Positions 52,535-62,773 are shown, counted from the first letter of the stretch. The stretch: 64,000 nt of DNA from Planctomycetaceae bacterium (GCA_902630355.1 CACOUL010000002.1:59605-123604), one strand, 5' to 3'. Translations and numbers: made by a program. The notes: a model not told the origin generated them from the letters alone.

Positions 52535-53644
52535 CTAACTTGCAAAAAGCGAATCGTACGGAAGGTCAAAAGTCTCAGCGACTGCCCGATTGGTGACGAC
52601 TCCATCTGCAACATTGATGGCGCTCGCAATTTCTGGATATCGATTGGCAAGCCTCTGAAGATTGCCCTCCGCCAATCGCAGGATCCAGGGCAAGGTCACA
52701 TTGCATAGCGCAAACGTACTAGTCCTACCCACCGCCCCCGGCATATTCGTGACACAATAGTGCAAGACTTGATCGATGAGAAAAGTCGGCTCGCGATGGC
52801 TCGTGGGCCGGCTCGTTTCCACGCAACCACCCTGATCGATCGCCACGTCGATCAACACACTCCCTGGCTTCATCAACCGAAGTTGCTCCCGCTCAATCAG
52901 GCGCGGCGCCTTGGCACCCGGAATCAAAACGGCACCGACAACGAGATCTGCCCGCTGCAATTGTTCGCGGATTGTATGTCTATCGCTAAAAAGGACATTC
53001 ACATTGGCCGGCATAATGTCATCGAGGTAGCGCAGTCGATCCATATTAATGTCGAGAATGTTGACATCCGCACCGAACCCTGCGGCGATCTTGGCTGCGC
53101 TCGCACCGACCACCCCGCCGCCCAGAATAGTGATGTGGGCCGGTGCCACTCCGGGAACCCCTCCAAGGAGAATACCCCGGCCCATCTGAGGTTTTTCGAG
53201 ATACTTTGCACCTTCCTGAATACTCATTCGCCCGGCAACTTCGCTCATCGGGGTCAGCAACGGCAGTCGCCCCCGATCATCTGTAAGCGTTTCGTACGCG
53301 AGCGCCGTGCAGCCTGAACTGATCACTGCCTCGGTGAGGGCCCGACTCGCAGCAAAGTGAAAAAAGGTGAAAACCCATTGTCCCTTTCGCAGCAGTGGCC
53401 ACTCCGGTTCAAGGGGTTCTTTCACCTTAACCACCAAGTCGGCCCGCGCGAAAACCTCCTGTGCCGTCGGTACAATTTCAGCACCGTGCGTGAGATATTC
53501 GTGATCGGGCAAACCTGAACCCAATCCTGCTCCCGCTTCCACTACCACCTGATGACCTGCCCGCACCAACTCTTCTACCCCGACTGGCAGCAGGGCGACT
53601 CGATACTCGTCCTGTTTAATTTCTCGGGGAAGACCTACAATCAT
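52535..53644 (-). CDS. ald: Alanine dehydrogenase
   Basis: N-terminus MIVGLPREIKQDEYRVALLP, NAD motif ILGGGVVGASAA, and AVLIPGAKAP; 369 aa. Confidence 0.9.
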   Translation of the reverse strand: MIVGLPREIKQDEYRVALLPVGVEELVRAGHQVVVEAGAGLGSGLPDHEYLTHGAEIVPTAQEVFARADLVVKVKEPLEPEWPLLRKGQWVFTFFHFAASRALTEAVISSGCTALAYETLTDDRGRLPLLTPMSEVAGRMSIQEGAKYLEKPQMGRGILLGGVPGVAPAHITILGGGVVGASAAKIAAGFGADVNILDINMDRLRYLDDIMPANVNVLFSDRHTIREQLQRADLVVGAVLIPGAKAPRLIEREQLRLMKPGSVLIDVAIDQGGCVETSRPTSHREPTFLIDQVLHYCVTNMPGAVGRTSTFALCNVTLPWILRLAEGNLQRLANRYPEIASAINVADGVVTNRAVAETFDLPYDSLFAS

Positions 53645-53658
53645 CGCTTCCGTTTACT

Positions 53659-55041
53659 CTATTCGGAGGAAACGCCTCGGCTAGAAGATTTATTAATTTC
53701 ATCTCGCGAATCTTCTCGATCACGACTGCGAAGATAAAGCTTTATCGGCACCTCACCACATTCGAGGTTGTCGCGCATTGCCCGGAGAAGATAGCGACGA
53801 TACGTTGCAGAAAACGATTTGGGATCCTTGCAGAACATGACAATCGTCGGAGGGCAGGTACTCACCTGTGTCGCGTAGTAAATTTTTGCTTGGTGGTGAT
53901 GGTCGAGCGGTGGAGGGTTATATTCCAGTGCACTGCGAACAACCCGATTGAGCATCGCCGTCGGTGCCCGCGACTGAGACTGTTTGAAGAGCATCTGTGC
54001 ATGATTCATCAGCGTCTTTACGTTCCGTCCGGTTTGTGCCGTAATGAAGGCAATCGGAACATATGGCATGGTGCGGAAGGTGTCGTGCAGGTAGCGCACC
54101 CATTTCTCGGTCGGCATACTCGAGGCAGTCAAATCCCACTTATTGACAACAAAAATACACGGCTTGTATTGCCCGGCGATGGTTTCGCAGAGTTGTTTGT
54201 CAACTTTACTAATGCGCTGAGTCGCATCAAAAAACATTAAGACGACATCGGCACGTCGAATGCTGCGCTGCGCTCTGTGCAGGCCGTAGAAATCGATATC
54301 GGTCTTGACACTTTTTCTTCGTCGCAGCCCCGGAGTATCGATTGCGGTAAAGACCTTGCCATCCATCTCAAAACGGACATCGACACTATCGCGGGTTGTG
54401 CCGGGCACTTCGCTCACGATCATCCGCTCTGCTCCGGCAAGCCAATTGATAAAAGTACTTTTCCCGACGTTTCTTCGCCCGACAATGGCAATTTTTGCGT
54501 TTTCCTCAAGCACCGGCGCGATTTCGTCATCTTCCGTGGTCTCTGGCAACCGCTCGACGATCAAGTCGAGAAGTGCTTGCCTGCCACGATTTTGTTTGGT
54601 GCTGGTTCTTATCAGACGACCGCGCCCCAACTTGTAAAACCCGTCCGCACTGGGGTCGAGTGCTTCGTTATCAGTTTTATTTGCCACGCAAAGGACCGGA
54701 GTATCGACCACGTGACGCAACCGCTTCGCTACTTCGTCATCGAGTGGCATGGCCCCCGTTTGAGTGTCGACGACAAACAAGATCAAATCGGCCGAGTCAA
54801 TTGCCGCCTGAATCTGTTCCTCTACCTGCTCCGTCAAGTTGTCGACATCTTCACAACCGATGCCCCCGGTATCAACCAACTCAAAATAGCGGCCGCCATG
54901 ACACATGAGGTACGAAACCCGATCACGAGTTACGCCGGCCTGGTCGTCGACTATCGCCAACCGTTTTTGTGCGAGCCAATTAAAAATGCTCGATTTGCCC
55001 ACATTCGGGCGACCCACGATAGCTACTTGCGGAAGTCCCAT
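53659..55041 (-). CDS. der: Ribosome-associated GTPase Der (EngA)
   Basis: Two tandem G domains (GRPNVGKSS...DTGG; GRRNVGKST...DTPG) plus a KH-like C-terminus. Confidence 0.9.
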   Translation of the reverse strand: MGLPQVAIVGRPNVGKSSIFNWLAQKRLAIVDDQAGVTRDRVSYLMCHGGRYFELVDTGGIGCEDVDNLTEQVEEQIQAAIDSADLILFVVDTQTGAMPLDDEVAKRLRHVVDTPVLCVANKTDNEALDPSADGFYKLGRGRLIRTSTKQNRGRQALLDLIVERLPETTEDDEIAPVLEENAKIAIVGRRNVGKSTFINWLAGAERMIVSEVPGTTRDSVDVRFEMDGKVFTAIDTPGLRRRKSVKTDIDFYGLHRAQRSIRRADVVLMFFDATQRISKVDKQLCETIAGQYKPCIFVVNKWDLTASSMPTEKWVRYLHDTFRTMPYVPIAFITAQTGRNVKTLMNHAQMLFKQSQSRAPTAMLNRVVRSALEYNPPPLDHHHQAKIYYATQVSTCPPTIVMFCKDPKSFSATYRRYLLRAMRDNLECGEVPIKLYLRSRDREDSRDEINKSSSRGVSSE

Positions 55042-55233
55042 GGCTCTCTATCGATTAAAAATTTCAGCGGGTGCGTAACGTTTATATGAAATCTTCTGCA
55101 CACTCTCGACTTGCGACCGGACCAAAGCAGACAGAAACGAACAACGTCAGCAATCCTCATGTACTCTGTGTGACCACCAAGCCGGTCAAGGTATTCCTTC
55201 AGGAACCGTCATGATACCCCATGAGGAAACAAA

Positions 55234-56292
55234 GTGCCAACGACGGCGGCTGGGCGCAACACTTCGTTAACCCGTATAATTTGCCAAACCAACAACAGTT
55301 TATCGCCTCGAGGAGTAGAGTCGTTTAACGTGGATACAACTCAGAAAATCCGGCGATCGTTGCTCAATCAATTGGCCAGCTTAAAGATGGCTGGAGTACA
55401 ACACATTCCAACCAAAGGGATCGAAGCAGAGGTGCCTTCCTCAGATGGTGTATCCAATGAGAAACAAAACGTGTTTACAGACACAGGTGCGGATCCCAAA
55501 GACGGTCACGATTCCAACCGTAACAAGGTGAGCGAACGACAGAATGCGACACGATCTGACCGGGGCAATCAGGCGGAAGATGAGACCGCTCACCCTCCAA
55601 AAGCTGTCACCGCCGGTCGCAATATACAGATTGAGACGAGTTGGAAAACCCGACTCGCCGATCCTTTCAACGCATCCTACATGACGGCCCTCAGTGAATT
55701 TTTACGAAAAGAAAAATCAGAGGGGAAGCGAATCTACCCCCCTGGCAATGAGATTTTTAGAGCGTTTGAACTCACTCCATTTGATGACGTGAAGGTCGTC
55801 ATCCTTGGACAAGACCCTTACCACGGTCCGGGTCAGGCACACGGACTGAGCTTTTCAGTGGCGGTGGGGGTGCAGCCTCCGCCATCCCTGCGCAATATCT
55901 ATCGAGAGTTGGAGGCGGACCTTGGGATCAGTCACCCGGGCCATGGAAACCTGGAGGGGTGGGCACGGCAAGGCGTGCTGCTTTTGAATTCCTGTCTCAC
56001 GGTTCAGGAAGGCCAAGCAGGATCACATCAGGGTAAGGGCTGGGAACTATTCACCGATGAAGTGATTCGCTGTTTGAATGATGATCGTCAAAATCTTGTT
56101 TTTATTCTTTGGGGGCGTAAAGCACAGGATAAAGGCACAGAGATTGATCGTTCTCGGCATTGTGTGCTCAGTAGTGTTCACCCATCACCATTGTCCGCAT
56201 CGAATGGATTTTTCGGCAGCAAACCTTTTTCTCAAGCAAATGCATATCTCGAGGAGACCGGCCAGAAACCCGTCGACTGGAATCCTGGGTGA
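55234..56292 (+). CDS. ung: Uracil-DNA glycosylase (family 1) with a long low-complexity N-terminal extension; start uncertain
   Basis: Shows the UDG core motifs GQDPYHGPGQAHGLSFSV and HPSPLSA. The core begins around residue 136 (SWKTRLADPF). Confidence 0.85.
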   Translation: MPTTAAGRNTSLTRIICQTNNSLSPRGVESFNVDTTQKIRRSLLNQLASLKMAGVQHIPTKGIEAEVPSSDGVSNEKQNVFTDTGADPKDGHDSNRNKVSERQNATRSDRGNQAEDETAHPPKAVTAGRNIQIETSWKTRLADPFNASYMTALSEFLRKEKSEGKRIYPPGNEIFRAFELTPFDDVKVVILGQDPYHGPGQAHGLSFSVAVGVQPPPSLRNIYRELEADLGISHPGHGNLEGWARQGVLLLNSCLTVQEGQAGSHQGKGWELFTDEVIRCLNDDRQNLVFILWGRKAQDKGTEIDRSRHCVLSSVHPSPLSASNGFFGSKPFSQANAYLEETGQKPVDWNPG

Positions 56293-56388
56293 TCCAACGC
56301 ATGCTGCGTTGCAGGGAAAAATTGCGGACTTCGTGCACGTGGTCCACATCGAAACCTCAGAGGGACTAGCAATCCCATTGCATTGAGC

Positions 56389-57906
56389 TTAGGCGATCGC
56401 GTGGGGCACGAGTCGATCGAGCACTTCGCGCAGTTTGCCTACCGTGATCGGCATCTGCAGGACGACGTGGTGCTCGCGACCGTCCGTTCGATTCATCCAC
56501 GCAGAGTGCTCCTTCCCGAGCAGAAGGACGCTCGGAATCCCCATCGTGGCGGGATTTGTCGTGAATGACTCATATGCCTCCACGGCACGCTCGCCGAGTT
56601 CCACCGCACTGAAGACAAGACACTGGGCCGGCAATTCGTCGCCACCGAATCGACTCAACGCGCGGCGTGGATCCTCCGTCATCAGCACGCGAAACCCACG
56701 ACCCTTCAGATGCGAACGTATCATTTTCTGCATCATCGCGTCCGCTTCGATAAGCATGACTGATCGCTGTGGTTTTGTCCGCCTCGCCGTTCGGGACTCT
56801 TCCTCCTCGATCACAGTATCATCGTCTTGGTATGACCACTGATTGGGGTCCGGTTCGCTCAGCGTTCGTTGTGCCGATTCGAGATCGATGAGAAATTCCT
56901 TGGGCGATTGGTAGCGACGCTCCGGATCGTATTCCATTGCACGCTCAACGACCGAAAGCACTGGTCGGGGCAACTTGGGCATCAATCGGTGGAGCGGCTT
57001 CACTCCCTCGAAACGCTGTTTGTTGAGTCGATTGATACGGTTTTTTGTGTCCGATAGTGGCGGTTCTCCACTCAGCAAGTGGTAAAGCATGCACCCGGTA
57101 AAATAAATATCGCTGCGCGGATCGTTTCGACGCACACCCGTGGACCTTTCGAGGGCCGCATAATCGATCGTCCGTGGGTTGGCGTGTTCCGACATGTTGT
57201 CGACTCCCTCCACGCCGCCTGCCAATCCGAAATCGGCCAATTTTGCAATCCCGCGACCCGACACCAACACGTTGCTCAGCTTGATATCTCGGTGGGTTAC
57301 ACCTTTACGATGTGCATAATCGAGCGCTGCAGCCACATCCTTCATCAGCCGAATTGCTTCGTCCGGTTCGCAACGCTCGCGAATCTTGATGAATTCCCGC
57401 AAGTTGCGGCCTTCGATAAACTCCATGACGAGAAAGTACGGTTTCTCGTGAGTGGCAACTTCAAAAATGGAAACGATATTCGGATGACGAAGCGTCATTC
57501 CGGTGGAACCCTCTCGACGAAAATCTTCAACTTTATTTTCGTCTTTGGCACAACTTCGGCGCATTACTTTAAGCGCTACAATTTCTCCCGTCACATGATG
57601 GACCGCTCGGTAGACGCGTGCAAAAGAACCGCGGCCGACAAGGTAGAGAATTTTGTAATCTCCGCAGAAGTAGCCTTTCTTCTCACCGCGAAGAACCCGG
57701 TTGAGTTGGTAACCGGTTAGCAACTCTCGGCCGACCAGTGCTTCAGAGAACTCATCCAGCGATACGACCCGACTGCCAAGCAAGCCCCACACATCCTGCA
57801 GTTGCCGCTCATTGATCAAGCTAAGATCAAAAATCGCTTGCGCAAGCTTTTCCGCCGTATCAATCGACATAGGCCAAACACCAGGGAGTGAACTTACCAC
57901 GGACAA
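56389..57906 (-). CDS. Ser/Thr protein kinase with a C-terminal receiver-like (pseudo-receiver) domain
   Basis: Hanks motifs are present: GRGSFARVY, VALKVM, HRDIKLSNVLV, DFGLA and ALE. The C-terminal ~120 aa has a CheY-like pattern: VMLIEADAMM...VFSAVEL...LQMPITVGKL. Confidence 0.85.
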   Translation of the reverse strand: MSVVSSLPGVWPMSIDTAEKLAQAIFDLSLINERQLQDVWGLLGSRVVSLDEFSEALVGRELLTGYQLNRVLRGEKKGYFCGDYKILYLVGRGSFARVYRAVHHVTGEIVALKVMRRSCAKDENKVEDFRREGSTGMTLRHPNIVSIFEVATHEKPYFLVMEFIEGRNLREFIKIRERCEPDEAIRLMKDVAAALDYAHRKGVTHRDIKLSNVLVSGRGIAKLADFGLAGGVEGVDNMSEHANPRTIDYAALERSTGVRRNDPRSDIYFTGCMLYHLLSGEPPLSDTKNRINRLNKQRFEGVKPLHRLMPKLPRPVLSVVERAMEYDPERRYQSPKEFLIDLESAQRTLSEPDPNQWSYQDDDTVIEEEESRTARRTKPQRSVMLIEADAMMQKMIRSHLKGRGFRVLMTEDPRRALSRFGGDELPAQCLVFSAVELGERAVEAYESFTTNPATMGIPSVLLLGKEHSAWMNRTDGREHHVVLQMPITVGKLREVLDRLVPHAIA

Positions 57907-58413
57907 TCGCGGTGCCCCTAATATGCGATTGCAGAGAAGGGCCGCGGTCGCACCACCCTACTGCCATGATAGGCAGTGGCAGTGCCCAGAGCAATGCAGC
58001 AGCATTTTTTGCCCACATGGCATCGCTCAAAGCGACTTTATCGCGGGGGAAAAAAGTGTTTCGATGGCGTTTTTTTCGCATCGTTATCACCCTCTTTTTT
58101 GATCCCAGCGGTAAACCATCGGATGCAATAAGGCGATGACCACCACGATGATCGGCCCGCCTATTGCCTCGAATGCCTCGAAATCGAAACAACATGCTCG
58201 GATCAATGCAAATGCAAGGAGCTACTCATCACCTTGCGTTACACAAATTCTCAACAGTCATCCGGTACCCAGAAAAGACCCACGAAGGGCAGAGTACCGA
58301 ATCGTAGCGGCAGATCCACAAAGCGGTGGAGTCCCCTGCCGAAAGAAACCGACCACCATTATCGCCACACCGGCACTTGCAAGACACACATGCCGGCAGT
58401 CACCAAGTTTGCT

Positions 58414-58698
58414 TTAATAATGCTCTTCCAATTGCTCGCGATAGGTATCGCGCTCGCGTCGCGTTGCCTCAAGATCAAACATCAAATACTTCATATCCAA
58501 ACGAAGTTGGCTCAATGCATCCTGCACGAGAGAAAGAATCCGACGTCGTCGCTTGGTACTCGCGGCAACGCGCATCAAGGCGGGCTCTAACTGCTCCCTG
58601 TAAGGCGCGGGCAGCGCGGCCACAGCCGACATGAGTTGGCGAACGTCGGCTGGTAGTTCGGAAGATTTTTCAACAACAAGAGGCTGTGTCTCACTCAT
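58414..58698 (-). CDS. Small hypothetical protein (94 aa), helical/charged
   Basis: An ORF with protein-like composition and no competing gene. The C-terminal half looks like a coiled coil (LDMKYLMFDLEATRRERDTYREQLEEHY). I recognise no family. Confidence 0.4.
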   Translation of the reverse strand: MSETQPLVVEKSSELPADVRQLMSAVAALPAPYREQLEPALMRVAASTKRRRRILSLVQDALSQLRLDMKYLMFDLEATRRERDTYREQLEEHY

Positions 58699-58970
58699 CT
58701 TAGGTCGTTCTCCAGGATTGCGGTGATGCCATTTGCTACCGCAGCGCGTGTGCCAGTCGCTCTGGCTCTAACTCTATCCTAATGCCGTAACACTAGGCTT
58801 GGCAAGCATTTTGTCAAATTTTGACCTGCTGTCACGAGATGGCGGGCGGGGGCGAATTTGGACTGGCAGATTGTCGCAAATCCTGATACAAGCGCACCTT
58901 AGCTATCCCTTGGTGTCTGTGGAGCCGATGTGGCGTTTTTGCCACACCGTTACCGCTTTGTTAAACGCGC

Positions 58971-61532
58971 ATGTCGCTATCTTGCAACAAAACCGACCGA
59001 TCGGCTGAGTTGACACCTCCTCTGGGGGTCATGCATCTCGCTCCCCTTCGGTTGGCCTCATTTTTTGTACTGTTCGTGGCCGGTCTGGCGGCGGACACAC
59101 AGGCAAGTACGACCGTCGTTGATTCGCTCGAGGGGCCTGAAACCAGTTGGGAACTGGGGGATTCTGATACCGAGATCGAAATCCAACACCACGCGCGGGT
59201 TCGCCATCCCGTTCACAGCGGATCGTGGTCGGAGGAATTCCGCCTTTTCTGTGCCGGTGGATCGTTTGCCTACGCGGAAACAAAAATCGATCCTGCCGCC
59301 GTGATCGACGAGCTAACCTACTCGGTTTGGATTCGCGGAAATCGTCCCGGCTTCCAACTCTCCGCCCGCGTGGTATTGCCCCGATCGATTGATCCCGAAA
59401 GCGGCAACGCACTCACCCTGAAAATTTACGGGGATTCGTACCAGGATGTGGGACGATGGCAACAAGTCTTCATCCATCGCGTCATGAAACAGGTTCGGAG
59501 GCAAGCGCGGGTTTTGCAAAGCGGACAGTTAGCGCGGATTGATACGCGAGAGGCATACATTGATCGAATTATGATCAATCTTCACGGTGGACCGGGTGAA
59601 ACCAATGTCTGGATCGATGACCTGACGACCGAGGGGTTTATCGTCAGCCAATCCGCCTCTCGGGAACTCGCGCTGCAAACTCGGCAACACGAGCGGCAGG
59701 CACCCCGCCTACCGCTCGCCGACGGGAGCGCCGTGGGACCCCGCGTCGCGAAAATTATCGAATACCAGGGCGAACCTCTCTCCTTACTCAAAGCAATCGG
59801 TTTCAATGCGGTGTTTCTCAGAAAGCAGCCTACAGACCAACAGCGCATCGAGGCAAACAAGCACCAACTTTGGTTGCTCGGACCAGTCGCGGAGGGAGCG
59901 ACTCGGGCCTCGACCGCGACGAGGAGCGGGAGACGCTACTTATGGTACAAACCGCACCGATTCGATGGCGCAATGAGTCGCCAGCCCCTGGAAATTGATC
60001 CACTGATATTTCAGCACCCACTCTCCTCCGTACCCTACTCAAATCCGCGGAGCATAAAAATACAGACACAAAGTCTGTCTTCTGCGGATCGGCCCCTCGC
60101 CCTGGCAGACGTCTTCGCTGACGTGACATCTGCGAGGAATGATCTTTCGTATGCCGAAATACGGAGCCAACTATTGCAGAAGTTGGGCCAGGGAAAGCGC
60201 CACTTTCTATTTTGTTCCCGAATGCCGCTGAACCATCCGGATGCGGCAAACGAGAGAAGGTGCAAGGCAATCGAACTGATTTTGCTGGAACTCCAATTAC
60301 TGACACCCTTCTTAACCGAAGAATTCACGACCCACGCATTTTCGAGTCGTGATTCTCAAAATCACTCGTCGATGCTTTCGCACGAAAAATTTTCGCTCGT
60401 AATCCCGACGCCATCCAATATCGCAGGGACGTGGATGGTGAAGCCGAATGAGCCGTTGCCCCGAATCGTACCTGGCGTTTCAATGACTGCGAGGGCCTTC
60501 GCCATCGATCTGCTTCAACTGCGACCAATTCAAAGCAAACGTGTTGGCGGGGGCATTCAATTGGAGCCATCGCTTCACGATTGCGATACTATTTTTTTGT
60601 TGACAGAGGATCCCCAAACGACCCGCCGCACCGCAAAGTCTATCGCGGCAAACGGAGAGAGAGCCCAAAGCCTTTTTCACTGGCTCGTTGCCGCGGAAGT
60701 GGATGTTTATTACAACACCTGTCGGCAGATCGCCCAATCGCAGCCGAAGCGGGCAACCATGCTTTACGCGTCCGATTTACCGCCGGCAGGACACGCAGAT
60801 CGCAAACAAATCGCTTCGCATCGCGACCGACACAGTCAGTGGACGTCGGATGTGGCGACCCACCACAAGTTACGGTCGAAGCAGTGGAATCTTTGGCAGC
60901 AAATCAGTCGCCGCTTGGGGTTTCCGTCTCGCGCCATCGCTCTTACGCGCTTCGACGACATTCCTGAAGCGTTGGCATGGGAGCAATTCGTGGGCACTGC
61001 AACGCGCGGCCCCAACCTTTTGCATGGGGGCCTCTCTTCAGCAGCAGTGGCAAAAGCGACCGGATGGCACGGGATCCCTACATCCGCGGAGGACGCCACA
61101 TTTGAATTCGCTGGAGGGGATGCCAAAACGGACTGTATGGTGCGAGTGAAAACGCTGGGGCAGCCGGAACGCACCCTGCTGCTGGAAAGCCCTGCGGTCA
61201 ACATTCCAGCCGGAGAGATTTACACGGTGGAAGCAGAAATTCTTGCCCGATCGGCCGCTGCCGAGCGGCTCGAGCCGCTCCTCATTTTCGATTCGTGCCG
61301 TGGCGTCGATCTGGCACGTCGCGTGCCAAAGGCCACCGATTGGCAACGCATCTGTCTCTACCGCCGAAGCCCTGCCAATGGACAAATTACCGTATCACTG
61401 GCAATTCGTGGCGATGCCGACATATCGATCCGCAATCTTGCCATCCACAGACTTGTGGGCGAGAACGCCGGCAATCCCGATCGTTCCGATTCTATTTTCG
61501 CAAACTCGCAGGGCCGCACCACGGCCCGCTGA
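58971..61532 (+). CDS. Large secreted hypothetical protein (about 830-853 aa)
   Basis: A long uninterrupted ORF. The probable start is MHLAPLRLASFFVLFVAGLAADTQA (59031), which has signal-peptide character. I recognise no family. Confidence 0.6.
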   Translation: MSLSCNKTDRSAELTPPLGVMHLAPLRLASFFVLFVAGLAADTQASTTVVDSLEGPETSWELGDSDTEIEIQHHARVRHPVHSGSWSEEFRLFCAGGSFAYAETKIDPAAVIDELTYSVWIRGNRPGFQLSARVVLPRSIDPESGNALTLKIYGDSYQDVGRWQQVFIHRVMKQVRRQARVLQSGQLARIDTREAYIDRIMINLHGGPGETNVWIDDLTTEGFIVSQSASRELALQTRQHERQAPRLPLADGSAVGPRVAKIIEYQGEPLSLLKAIGFNAVFLRKQPTDQQRIEANKHQLWLLGPVAEGATRASTATRSGRRYLWYKPHRFDGAMSRQPLEIDPLIFQHPLSSVPYSNPRSIKIQTQSLSSADRPLALADVFADVTSARNDLSYAEIRSQLLQKLGQGKRHFLFCSRMPLNHPDAANERRCKAIELILLELQLLTPFLTEEFTTHAFSSRDSQNHSSMLSHEKFSLVIPTPSNIAGTWMVKPNEPLPRIVPGVSMTARAFAIDLLQLRPIQSKRVGGGIQLEPSLHDCDTIFLLTEDPQTTRRTAKSIAANGERAQSLFHWLVAAEVDVYYNTCRQIAQSQPKRATMLYASDLPPAGHADRKQIASHRDRHSQWTSDVATHHKLRSKQWNLWQQISRRLGFPSRAIALTRFDDIPEALAWEQFVGTATRGPNLLHGGLSSAAVAKATGWHGIPTSAEDATFEFAGGDAKTDCMVRVKTLGQPERTLLLESPAVNIPAGEIYTVEAEILARSAAAERLEPLLIFDSCRGVDLARRVPKATDWQRICLYRRSPANGQITVSLAIRGDADISIRNLAIHRLVGENAGNPDRSDSIFANSQGRTTAR

Positions 61533-61553
61533 CGCCCCTCGGCCTGCTGCTTT

Positions 61554-61587
61554 TCAAAGCAGCACAGTGGTCAAAGCAGCACAGTGG
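61554..61587. repeat. Perfect tandem duplication of a 17-bp unit in a convergent intergenic spacer
   Basis: TCAAAGCAGCACAGTGG occurs at 61554..61570 and again at 61571..61587. The preceding GCTGCTTT can pair with AAAGCAGC of either copy. Confidence 0.85.
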
Positions 61588-61595
61588 ACGGGCAC

Positions 61596-62111
61596 TCACG
61601 GTTCCTTTTTGGTGATTTGTTCCGGCGAATTCTCCACCACATAGCTGTCGATCACCACATCCCGGCCGAACGTTTCACCGGTTTGTTTGCTTGTTGAACT
61701 CGAACCGAAATCGTCAGGCAAGCCGAACGACACGGCAATCTTTTTGCGAATTCGCTTCTTCACCCAGGTCCTGAAGGTCGGCACCAACAGGCCAAAGCCA
61801 ACCACGTCAGTGAGCACTCCGGGTGTCACCAACAGTGCTCCGGCGAGAAAGATCAACAGTCCGTCAAAAATACCATCCGCGGGCATTTCTCCACGCTGCA
61901 ACTGACGTGCCATCGTTTCCCGCCACCGCATCCCTTGATTGCGAGCAAGAAACGCACCCACAATCCCTGTACCGATCACGATGAGGATTGTGATTTCCAG
62001 TGAGGTCAATTTCCATAAAATTGCCAGTTCGATCAATGGAATGAGGGTGAAGAGACAAATCAATCGAAGCAGCATGACTTCAACCTCGCCGCGCGAAATG
62101 CGGGAAAACAA
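61596..62111 (-). CDS. fxsA: FxsA-family inner-membrane protein
   Basis: Contains LIPLIELAILWKL...GTGIVGAFLAR...LLIFLAGALLVTPGVLTDVVGFGLLVP, the FxsA/UPF0716 pattern. The likely start is MLLRLI. Confidence 0.8.
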   Translation of the reverse strand: MFSRISRGEVEVMLLRLICLFTLIPLIELAILWKLTSLEITILIVIGTGIVGAFLARNQGMRWRETMARQLQRGEMPADGIFDGLLIFLAGALLVTPGVLTDVVGFGLLVPTFRTWVKKRIRKKIAVSFGLPDDFGSSSTSKQTGETFGRDVVIDSYVVENSPEQITKKEP

Positions 62112-62203
62112 ATGGAACGCACCATTCTAACCGGAGTTCGCAAACCGAATAGAGCGGACGGCACAGTCTCAAGCCACCACACGGGCGGCTGAAAGCTTTA
62201 GCG

Positions 62204-62773
62204 TCACGTGTAACAGACGGTGCGGCGCGGTTTTGATTTTCCGGGTTCCCCGGATTCCTCAGATTCCTCCGACGACTCCTTGTCGGTCGGTGCGGACACC
62301 AGCACCACTTCCCAATTGACTCCGGAAAGAGGGCCGCGTTGACGGTAGGTAACGCGCCGCAGATGGTCATCGGTGATCACCAGACTGGGAATTTCGGGTG
62401 TCCTGAATTTCTGTGCCAGATCGCGGCCCGTCTCCGCTGTGCCATCGACTCGACAGAGAACATAGTGTTCCCCCAGCCCTGAAACTGCTTCGACCCCACG
62501 AAGCAAAGAGGACTTAGATCCCGGCCGCTCAAAGACGACGAGCAGCGGTTTGCTCAACTTCTCCGCCTGGCGGTAGGCCGTGCCGTAATCGGTAACCCAG
62601 TGTTGCTCGCCCGGCTGATCGGCAAGCAAACCGGTTTGAAGTGTGCAAAGCACCGCCAGGAGAACCATAAGCCTTTTGACTGTTAGGCTGAGCATCAGAA
62701 ACATCCCTCGGGTGAGCAGAAACGGAATGACTACCGAATACCGGACGCCCTGTGTTACCAAGCAACGCAACAC
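62204..62773 (-). CDS. Secreted hypothetical protein, possibly thioredoxin-like fold without a CxxC motif
   Basis: The probable start is MLSLTVKRLMVLLAVLCTLQTGLLA (62692). WVTDYGTAYRQAEKLSKPLLVVFERPG resembles thioredoxin_7-type proteins but lacks the active-site cysteines. The tail is acidic and Ser-rich. Confidence 0.45.
   Translation of the reverse strand: MLRCLVTQGVRYSVVIPFLLTRGMFLMLSLTVKRLMVLLAVLCTLQTGLLADQPGEQHWVTDYGTAYRQAEKLSKPLLVVFERPGSKSSLLRGVEAVSGLGEHYVLCRVDGTAETGRDLAQKFRTPEIPSLVITDDHLRRVTYRQRGPLSGVNWEVVLVSAPTDKESSEESEESGEPGKSKPRRTVCYT

Noticed and set aside
54277-55089. 270-aa plus-strand ORF over der, and similar ORFs over the kinase gene (57079..57720)
   Set aside because: They are antisense shadows of strongly supported genes.
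56295-56311. 7-bp stem, 3-nt loop hairpin (CAACGCA TGC TGCGTTG) just after the ung stop in the convergent spacer
   Set aside because: The stem is short with a minimal loop and no flanking T-run on either strand. It is a plausible terminator but unsupported.
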